IMG/VR virus record: IMGVR_UViG_3300004369_000643
Coordinates: 1-64,000 of that record
Reading direction: 5' to 3' (one strand)
DNA length: 64,000 nucleotides
Origin: a virus
Shown here: positions 57,901 to 64,000 of the stretch, piece by piece
How the letters are laid out: each line of letters starts with the position of its first letter
Numbering within the stretch: the first letter of the stretch is position 1
Notes under the pieces: model-generated
Seen by the model: only the letters and a program-made list of their open reading frames with translations
The model's database searches: none
What the model was told of the DNA's origin: nothing
Translations under genes and position numbers: made by a program

Positions 57901-60377
57901 CACGAATGGAAATCCGTGATGCAGATGGTAACAGGGATATTGCGGTGGTGCAGGCATATGAAAATGCTATTTCTCTTTTAAGTAAACAGCGTGATATTCG
58001 TATCGCTGCTGATGAGGTAGCGGCTGCTGTCGATGCTAATCCTAGTTTGTCTGATAGGTGGCGTAATGTCGCTAAATGGAATTTCTTGAAGGCTCGTCGT
58101 ATGCGTCAGCAGAAACGTGAACAGAAAATTCGTGAGATTGCAGAAAGACGTTATGCTAATCGGCGTTCACCTTGGAATATAGGCGGATTAGATGGCTTAA
58201 GCAACATGTCTGATTCACAGGTTAGGGCACGGATTAGAGATACATATTTGGTTGGAAGTTCGACTGATACTGGTACGGTAACAATTAATGGTGAAGTTTT
58301 TACAAAGCGTATAACTCCAACTAACTCAAGGATCGAAGTTAATCGTTCGGCTAATGGTAGAATTTACAAAATAGATTTCAGCGCACATATGAAGTTTGAG
58401 TTAGTAGATTCTAACGGGAATGTAGTCAAGAGTGAGACTCACCGATCAGCAGAGGGTTGGACTAGAGGTAGAATAGAGAGAAGCATTACTTATGATAGTA
58501 ACGGTGTTGGCACTGTTGAACACAAGTTTTTAGGTCTTGATAGGGTCATGTCTTATAATGGGCAGGACGTTCCGTTTAAAGGCGGGGGATATACTGACGA
58601 GTTGTTTAATAACAACTTGCTTTTCTACAGAAACATGGGTATAGAAAAGGTTAGCGTTTCTGCTGCTAGCGATGGTAACATTGTTTGGCCTCGTATTGGA
58701 TTTAGAGAATACGACGGGAACAAAATCAAACGACTTAACACTAAAATGCTTGTAGTTTTAGAAGACTATAGGGGTTATAAGAGGGCTAAAGAAACAGGAG
58801 TTCCGCCAACAGCAGAGCAAATTGCGGCTAAAGCCCTCGTTCAAGATGACGTTAGGATGGCAAGATTAGATGCCATGTTGGAGCCACATAGGCTCAACCC
58901 GCAAGACGTTGATGCTCTGCCGGGGTACCACGATTTCTTATTGGCTCTTGACGGTGAAAATCGTAGAAACTCTGTAGCCTTCCAGTTACTTAGAGGAAGT
59001 AACCGAAATTTGCGCCTTGCTAAAGGCGGAGAAGGGATCTCTGGATTAGATGAGGGTATGCTTGATGAGTTGTTTGCAGATGATCCCGATTTGGAGAATA
59101 GAGAAATTGCTAATCCGTTTGGGGGTATGAACTTTAGTAGTGGTGTTTGGGATATTAGCGATATTTTGGGTGATGCTGGTGGTGATCCTCGTCGGGTTAA
59201 CAGTAATTTAATTGATCCATATGATGGCCCTGTTGATTCTGCTGTAAGCGCCCCTCGTCAAACGGTTGGCCCACTTTCACAGAAGATGAATCCAGAAGTT
59301 GGTAGAGACGTTCAACGCCCAGTTAATGGTGTTCCTGTAGGAACAAACAATATTAGCAATTCAAATGATGCTGTAGATTATTTGAATGGTGGTGGAGATG
59401 TTTCTGGGGTTCCTGACGAATTTGTAAATCAGGCGATTATAGGTTTGTCTGATTTACTTTCTGACGCTAATCGTTTAGGCGATATAAGGTTTAGAAACAT
59501 TAAACCTAGCGATGCTAACGGCATTAATGACGGTTTAGATTTTAATGGTGCACAAATTTTAGAAGACACAGTAACTGGTCAAGTTTTTGTAATCAAGTAC
59601 AATCAGGGTCGGGGTTACGGTCATGATGAGGCTGCAAACGAACTTGTTGGTCGTGCCATCATGATTCGTATGGGCTTCGCTCAAGGCCAAGTCAGACTTG
59701 ATGGGCCGGGCGATCCGAATGAAAGCCGACCTGCACGTGGTTTGGTTGGTGAAGCGTTGCATAACTATCTGCCTGAAGGAGTTAACCGTTCAGATATAAG
59801 TATGGGTAATAGTGGGGCGGACATATATCTTAATGATGCTGCCGAGTTGGACGATATGACACACCTTATGCTGGGAGATGCTTTACTTTTCAATACCGAT
59901 AGACATTCCAAAAACTGGCTGCAGTACACTGATCCGAATACTGGTAAAATTAGAATTGTACCAATTGACATGGGTCTAGGTTTACGAGGCAGATCCGCAA
60001 ATGGTGATGATTTAAGGGCTGAAGGGCTAGACGCTCCTAACCAAATTGCCAAGTGGGCATTGTCAGGCAAGGGCGGCAGTCATAGTCTTAATGGTGTTCA
60101 GAAAGCACTTAAGATGCTTGCTACAGATGCGGATAAAAGGCGAGAAATTGCAGCATCGTTTGATCGTGCAATAGCAAGAATGCGTGCTGCTCACCAGCAA
60201 GAAGACATTACTGGTGTATTGGAGACCATTGGGCGTGAACATGGGAATTTGGATAGCGATGGGTGGAAGCGAGCGCAGGCCATGTTTTTAGAAAGATATG
60301 GATGGTTAATGGAATCATCTGTTAATGGGGATCAACTTGTCAGATTGATTATAGACGCAAGGCCACCGAGATCATAA
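51987..60377 (+). CDS. 2796 aa multidomain protein with internal repeats, GNAT-like domain and C-terminal HipA/PI3K-like kinase
   Basis: RCPPG twice, MTxDF/L repeats, G.G.....G..VW...GF, K...NE...DRH..N...IDMG. Confidence 0.8.
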   Translation: MTIEFKAPEIGPNADALTSLTRGRGPRRGNLEDLLKYWRPIMKKPGGFRRCVVILMDKPQFGGKPQRICAWLHHELTGKWPNEGKGKKGSRSRKKRRGRSVTRRVRSAGKKSLMGMSPLTEVTSLRMAIRESREFGGILVQPIAGRQNAVEMKAAMFLRHSESLPLFAGNDVKRVGTVGSSSGLGQAAQAAGSIILPGDLSDIRSPIRSQIYETLTPGGGGSIRRPSARRLLRGTGRGARNKFRCPPGFEKGGTFTNSEFSTCGAQILGIASSGPGSPTAEANNRLSRLANTAGLVNEIGDLRKNTNAVDIIRAAQIPAAPKKGSPTRAQTSIDLVLSRYTEEDFPTKVVRRDGVILEPVVSVEALGRLNEFDDMADGSLIEKYEAGQIGAATVPAFSAGLRNVFVSVPDAGAVKISRVGGEISDQERAGLLRSFSAGISRSADLPDPSAAVRSWADGSDGRFTVEFGAITDNGFSVQDDKNELIMVSTAGGKSQTVPRWVYETFLSRSAPRRAKDAPIFEIVSDESPLEKSVSPFYFSKKSVTPTSDLSDVLDAQDYYLSINSKVKAFSYLTEVEVKAPRRGGLGRRLGRGGRAVGGRSRAVFDGASGRYRCPPGTRYGGRFSDQFGRNCGYSLPRGVVNNLVDFGMRVEDAMERRRTRRGVDTTPGDGRTNLKPETVTLFDDAIGRVEAATGDLSRVFEKTEGAQGGTLGRTIGEARRDVDLTPEERELLEGEALADALENLRDVLNNEDLNNANIDEIRKAYKAVEKAANIEAGRLTDNPPRTPDQRTLSQKILDFLKEVLFRLLGIWNEDDERRRIGGGVDTRPGDGDADVPGSRPRVPGGGQSRPRIPVDNDQGRPRIPLDNDQRRPRIPLSLDDAVRSDSDDRDSLEAILNEFRDRAEEYEVAGGGMTADFVESLDDKDLDRYTQAFEDAARLLADDPAFDDINDALNRLRGERDRRDRQRSLVNADLRERFDLDSEDGLADAIEHFEDLADEYEAADIMTADFFERLNDDEIAFFQDVFDRAIDNIGDNEDGAFDAIARRLEDERSRRDQLNREDFSKEDYNLVLKEMNAHMKRFEVAGGGMTADFFDAVSDDDLIKYRRAVRDGLDADAFDGENREALQELLGRMDGEFDRRFKGPGKRPRIESEENKIEDKFTLDGDADLAAAIKEWERRAADFEVTGGGMTQDLVESLSNEELIFFEDAHIRLKERMGEFDSFDPADLDEIINRLRGERERRGFNSWGQGSEPDQRSLINVNNRFPRNGLPNRAYWRDDNYDGDDAAELDRRFGRYYDGNNMLNDRGRSVNRRLGRDSDSNAPDVAPDGDSPDDPDNLSRFSDDELRALLADDNAELPFNIQRISDDDLRRIEQIGDEFGSSEEITATNGIFRRPLNNVRIVAEEVNRGLNGERDPNRLGAGTPDASRPDIPSPLSDNNFNSGRRLRQPIRAIDDADDNQLNNLRGAMQREFANSYNEWVAELGIAGVASEDVSFTRIKEYIDGIQDVDRRRLLEMRLADLRELNEGVRKLNQGDDTREVLRDHLGRISVVRRASVMNLIDNDDANVPNVPDEPFVESLIPSDNPLEGRRRVRDAGLKYDQEGNSFLANMDFNDLGQLFDDIKAAEIDGEVLAPRFRDTVRAEYNFRLRTNDGDYDALVARLEGMSDESLEEMATRDIDFRVIRLRGGNDNGSPPSRAALAQADRLIEAKERRERNLRERIPTGTIDVPEDGSIRDRVGAVLGEGAVDMDDRAAEAFLRSLSFEEFTRLLERKMNMMPAFDDIDDEDYIVLSQIGQRITREKDRREHVRRFQLDVPISQRSNEALDKYETYFNELLGRLPDGNANFERVRDEIRREKRARIFAQSPSVIDLEDEGSSLVDAFVPDAPGSGDIEDLEKFFANRALHDVMSTRDMLRVRDRIQNSPNLTQDESTALLRTWDDRMRNRGLNFERNLPIDQRSADALQRHIDFLNTRMEIRDADGNRDIAVVQAYENAISLLSKQRDIRIAADEVAAAVDANPSLSDRWRNVAKWNFLKARRMRQQKREQKIREIAERRYANRRSPWNIGGLDGLSNMSDSQVRARIRDTYLVGSSTDTGTVTINGEVFTKRITPTNSRIEVNRSANGRIYKIDFSAHMKFELVDSNGNVVKSETHRSAEGWTRGRIERSITYDSNGVGTVEHKFLGLDRVMSYNGQDVPFKGGGYTDELFNNNLLFYRNMGIEKVSVSAASDGNIVWPRIGFREYDGNKIKRLNTKMLVVLEDYRGYKRAKETGVPPTAEQIAAKALVQDDVRMARLDAMLEPHRLNPQDVDALPGYHDFLLALDGENRRNSVAFQLLRGSNRNLRLAKGGEGISGLDEGMLDELFADDPDLENREIANPFGGMNFSSGVWDISDILGDAGGDPRRVNSNLIDPYDGPVDSAVSAPRQTVGPLSQKMNPEVGRDVQRPVNGVPVGTNNISNSNDAVDYLNGGGDVSGVPDEFVNQAIIGLSDLLSDANRLGDIRFRNIKPSDANGINDGLDFNGAQILEDTVTGQVFVIKYNQGRGYGHDEAANELVGRAIMIRMGFAQGQVRLDGPGDPNESRPARGLVGEALHNYLPEGVNRSDISMGNSGADIYLNDAAELDDMTHLMLGDALLFNTDRHSKNWLQYTDPNTGKIRIVPIDMGLGLRGRSANGDDLRAEGLDAPNQIAKWALSGKGGSHSLNGVQKALKMLATDADKRREIAASFDRAIARMRAAHQQEDITGVLETIGREHGNLDSDGWKRAQAMFLERYGWLMESSVNGDQLVRLIIDARPPRS

Positions 60378-60414
60378 TTTTGCTATTTTTGTAAGATTGG
60401 GGTAGACTAGGGAC

Positions 60415-60648
60415 ATGAAAAAATTTGAATTTTATGACATACAGGGAAAACTTGCAGGTATCGTTACTGAAAACGAAGATGGTTTAGTTGCTGAAAGTGC
60501 TGGTGACCCAGAGTTTAAAGAGTTTATTGAAGGGATGGCTGAGTTAGAGGAGGCCAAAACTGTACGTGAAGTAGTTAAGTCAGGTTTTTCGTACATGAGT
60601 ATTGTGGAAGTACCAGTAACTGATGCGCCCACTGGAGAAGCATTATGA
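60415..60648 (+). CDS. small acidic hypothetical protein
   Basis: leaderless after TAGACT. Confidence 0.65.
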   Translation: MKKFEFYDIQGKLAGIVTENEDGLVAESAGDPEFKEFIEGMAELEEAKTVREVVKSGFSYMSIVEVPVTDAPTGEAL

Positions 60649-61250
60649 AATATTACATTCTGACTAATAATGCTACCATGCTATTGAGGGTTGCTGCCCC
60701 TAACTCTGGAGAGTTCATTGTTAAGCGTGGCTATGAAAAAGATGCAGACGCCGTTAAACTAGAGTTAGATGTTAGGGCTACGAATAATCCTGATGTTGAT
60801 GTGTATGCGCCCACGATGATTAGGAAACGGTTCCCTAACACTATTGAGGTTGATTCAGCAAAGTTTGAAGATGCTATTAAAAAGGTAGAACAGTTTAATG
60901 CCGAGTACGACGATAATGTTGCTGAGTTAGAAGCCATGTCTCTAGAGGATTTAAAAACATATATTTCTACGGCTCCTGCACGAATGCCAAAGTTAATCAA
61001 CTACGCTCAAATAAATAAGTTGTGGCAAGTTTTGTATTCGACTAGTGAGTCAGGCTTTATGTCTATTGAAGAGGGCGAACGTAACGATGATGAGGTTAAG
61101 GAAGATATTCATGCTTTGTACACCATTATTAAAGATGCAGAAATTACAAACGATAATACTATGATTAAGAATGTTTTAAAGTTGGGGGAGAATATCACCC
61201 CGGAGGCTTTAGGTATTAGTTTTGTGGAGGAGCCAACTGATAATGGCTAA
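60645..61250 (+). CDS. hypothetical protein
   Basis: ATGA coupling. Confidence 0.7.
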   Translation: MKYYILTNNATMLLRVAAPNSGEFIVKRGYEKDADAVKLELDVRATNNPDVDVYAPTMIRKRFPNTIEVDSAKFEDAIKKVEQFNAEYDDNVAELEAMSLEDLKTYISTAPARMPKLINYAQINKLWQVLYSTSESGFMSIEEGERNDDEVKEDIHALYTIIKDAEITNDNTMIKNVLKLGENITPEALGISFVEEPTDNG

Positions 61251-62757
61251 AGATCCACTTGCTGACCAGACTGTACCTACAAGAGAAATGGCTGAAAACC
61301 TTTCTAAAATTTTAGGTTGTTCGGGCGCTCACCGTGTTGGTGATGACGCTTGGGGGCCTTGCGAGTCTGCTGAAGATTTGCAGCAACTGATCAAGTTGGG
61401 TAATCCTGCATTCAGGGAGTGGAAAGAACAGCAAGGTAAGAAAAACGGCAGTAGGGAGATGCTTCGCTTGAAGGCGGCTAAAGGTAAAAGTGTTTTTTCT
61501 TCTAGGTCTGAAGCAGAGATGGCGGCTATCCGTTTAGGTTGTTCTGGCGCTCATCAAACTTCTCAGGGTAAGTGGGCACCTTGTGGTACACCTGAAGAGC
61601 ATAATGCTGTTCATGGTAATGGTGCTAATGGTTCGGCTAGGGTTATCCGTGCTCAACGACCTGCCCGTAGAGTAGTGACCAATGAACGTCGATGGGAAAA
61701 TCTCCGTGAACGTGGCCCTCGTGGTATTGAGACACTTCCCGGTGGCGGGCTAGTTTCAGGTAAGGCTGGTGTTTCAGATTCGTTCAAGCCCACTTCCGGT
61801 ATGATTTCGGAAGCCAAAAAGGGTTTAGAGTGGCGTAAAGAGTTTGGGCGTGGCGGTACGATGGTAGGGGTTGCCCGTGCTAGAGATATCGCTAATGGAA
61901 AGAATCTGCCTTACAGAACAGTTAAGAGAGTTAAAGCATTTTTTGATAGGCACCAGAGCGATTCTAAGGCTGAAGGCTACCGTCCGGGTGAAAAAGGTTT
62001 CCCTTCTAATGGTCGAATTGCTTGGGCATTGTGGGGCGGAGATGCTGGATACACTTGGGCGAAGTCAATTGTTCGCCGTGTAGAAGGCGGGGAAAAGGCT
62101 AATTTTGACACTATCGAAGAGAAACGTTTCTATACCGATAAACGTCGCCAAGAGTATGCCAAACGAGGTTGGGCATTACCTGACGGCTCTTACCCAATTA
62201 GAGATGTTGGTGATTTGCGGAATGCAATACAAGCCTATGGTTTAGGTAAAAATAGGGAAGCGGCCAAGCGCCATATCATGAAGCGTGCCCGTGCTCTAGG
62301 TAAGACTGATTTGATTCCAGATAACTGGAAGGTGCGTGGAAAGGCTGCTAGACGTTACGGCCCTAATGATCCTAAAACTCCTGCTAAGCCGTCAGAGCGG
62401 ATAACCGGTTCAAGTAGAAATAAGCCGGGGTCTGCTTCAAATACTCGTGGTAAGATTGAGTTATCGGTGGCAGTAGAGAAGTCTCTAAAAGAGAAGGTCA
62501 AGGAACACAACGAGAAGATGGAGAAACGTAATAAAGATAGCCGTAAGGTTACTTTAGGTATGCTTAAGTCTGTTTGGCGTAGAGGTGCTGGTGCATTCTC
62601 CCAGACGCATCGCCCCAAGATGACTAGACAGCAGTGGGCTATGGGTCGTGTCAATGCTTTCCTTAAGTTAACGTCTAGCGGAAAGCCATCAAATCCTAAG
62701 TACACAACCGATAACGATTTGCTTCCTAAAGGTCATCCACGGTCTACCCGTAAGTAG
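61243..62757 (+). CDS. basic head-associated multidomain protein
   Basis: two LGC.GAH...PC modules, IAWALWGGDAG, ALPDGSYPI, RRGAGAF...W...RVNAFL. Confidence 0.75.
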   Translation: MAKDPLADQTVPTREMAENLSKILGCSGAHRVGDDAWGPCESAEDLQQLIKLGNPAFREWKEQQGKKNGSREMLRLKAAKGKSVFSSRSEAEMAAIRLGCSGAHQTSQGKWAPCGTPEEHNAVHGNGANGSARVIRAQRPARRVVTNERRWENLRERGPRGIETLPGGGLVSGKAGVSDSFKPTSGMISEAKKGLEWRKEFGRGGTMVGVARARDIANGKNLPYRTVKRVKAFFDRHQSDSKAEGYRPGEKGFPSNGRIAWALWGGDAGYTWAKSIVRRVEGGEKANFDTIEEKRFYTDKRRQEYAKRGWALPDGSYPIRDVGDLRNAIQAYGLGKNREAAKRHIMKRARALGKTDLIPDNWKVRGKAARRYGPNDPKTPAKPSERITGSSRNKPGSASNTRGKIELSVAVEKSLKEKVKEHNEKMEKRNKDSRKVTLGMLKSVWRRGAGAFSQTHRPKMTRQQWAMGRVNAFLKLTSSGKPSNPKYTTDNDLLPKGHPRSTRK

Positions 62758-62945
62758 TATCGCTGGATTTGAGTTTAGGCTATACGCTAGAATAGTAGTA
62801 TTGCCTGTTGCAAGAGAATATTGGGAAAGTTCCCGTGAACCCCTTTACGTAGGTGATAGCATAATACTTGACTGGTGTCACCAGATTGTTGGGTCGCCTG
62901 TCATTAAAGTAAACATGTTAAACTCAAACCTTAAGGAGACTAAAC

Positions 62946-64000
62946 ATGAGTTTTGATGAAAGCCGACTCAACGAACTGAAGTCTGCTCTTACCGCTAAGA
63001 TGGATGAGCAGAAGCAGATCGCTGATTCGATGCAATTTGAGGGCACAACCCTCATCGCTGATGACGAGAAGAAGTCAGCATTCCAGAATAACATGACCCA
63101 AATTCGTGAGATTAAGGGTCTTATTGACGACATGAGCACACTTCGTGACGTGGCGGCTTGGTCTTCAGAGGCCGAATACAAGTCAGTTGCTGCCGAGGTT
63201 GCTGCTGGCGTTGAGGCAGAGGTTTCTCGCCACCGTTCAGTCGGTGACGCTTTCCTCGCTTCGGATGAGTTCAAGTCACTTCAGGGCGGCAAGGCTGGCG
63301 TAAACATGCCTTCACCGTTCATGGCGAAGTCACTTCAGCAGAAAGACCTTTACTCAGGTCTTCCTACTGGAACTCCTAGCGCCTTCGGTGCTATTGAGCG
63401 TGACGGTATTGTTCCGATTGCTCAGCGCCGCAGCCGTGTACGTGACCTTTTCCCGGCACGTACCACTAACTCAGCAGTGGTTGAGTACTTCCGTCAGACC
63501 GGCTTCACAAACAACGCTTCAGTTGTTCCTGAGTACTCCTCAGGCAACTTTGGTGCGAAGCCTCAGTCAACAATGACTTTCGTGGGTGAGCAGGCTCCTG
63601 TTCGCACGATTGCTCACTGGGAAGCCGCTCACCGCAACGTTCTCGCTGACGAGCCGCAATTGCGTTCGATCATCGACAACGAACTGTTGTACGGTCTTCG
63701 TCTGACCGAGGATGCTCAGATTCTTTCAGGTGCTGGCACCGGCGAGGATCTCACTGGTATCCTTAACACTTCAGGCATTCAGACCTACTCATGGTCAGCA
63801 GGCGCAACTACGCCTGTTGCTGACACCAAGGCGGACGCTCTCCGTCGTGCGGCCACGTTGGCATACCTCGCCTACTACGAGCCGACCGGCATCATCGTTC
63901 ACCCTGCAGACTGGGAAGACATCGAACTCACCAAGAACTCACAGGGCACGTATCTTCTTGCCATGTCTGTTGCTGGTGGTGCAGAGTCACGTGTCTGGCG
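62946..64000 (+). CDS. HK97-fold major capsid protein (partial, runs off window)
   Basis: AAGGAG SD; open to the edge; coiled N-terminus, VRDLFP, KP.S...F, RTIAHW, GILN, HPADW. Confidence 0.9.
   Translation, partial: MSFDESRLNELKSALTAKMDEQKQIADSMQFEGTTLIADDEKKSAFQNNMTQIREIKGLIDDMSTLRDVAAWSSEAEYKSVAAEVAAGVEAEVSRHRSVGDAFLASDEFKSLQGGKAGVNMPSPFMAKSLQQKDLYSGLPTGTPSAFGAIERDGIVPIAQRRSRVRDLFPARTTNSAVVEYFRQTGFTNNASVVPEYSSGNFGAKPQSTMTFVGEQAPVRTIAHWEAAHRNVLADEPQLRSIIDNELLYGLRLTEDAQILSGAGTGEDLTGILNTSGIQTYSWSAGATTPVADTKADALRRAATLAYLAYYEPTGIIVHPADWEDIELTKNSQGTYLLAMSVAGGAESRVW

Noticed and set aside
51987-60377. Tape measure protein
   Set aside because: Located in the head module, acidic, with enzymatic domains and no tape-measure-type repeats.
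1-64000. tRNA or rRNA genes, IS elements, recoded stop codons
   Set aside because: No cloverleaf or transposase recognised by eye; genes read intact in the standard code.

Overview
The window is a 64 kb piece of a large tailed dsDNA phage. Its host is very probably actinobacterial (WhiB, actinobacterial-type SSB, RecA and ferredoxin, many leaderless genes). No tRNA, CRISPR array or integrase was seen. Bases 1-16.8 kb form an early or host-takeover-like region of small genes, mostly each with its own promoter and terminator. Bases 16.8-33 kb carry replication and nucleotide genes (SNF2 helicase, Mom-like enzyme, PhyH, HDAC, ThyX, primase-helicase, SSB, thymidine kinase, RecA), a mucin-like surface protein and holin-like proteins. 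Bases 33.5-44.2 kb carry recombination and modification genes. Bases 44.4-64 kb are the head module (inverted TerL, portal, MuF, protease, giant kinase-bearing protein, major capsid). The most striking signals are non-coding. (1) Two dense arrays of apparent host repressor operators (8 LexA boxes, 11 IscR/Rrf2-type boxes, 3 IdeR/DtxR-type cores, CsoR-like sites), suggesting a DNA decoy or sponge. (2) A five-copy pseudoknot RNA motif with covariation. (3) Four SD-led minigenes ending Pro-Pro-stop. (4) Early promoters with PafBC-like geometry. (5) A canonical -1 frameshift signal that would fuse portal to MuF. All functional roles are inferences from manual reading; no database searches were run.
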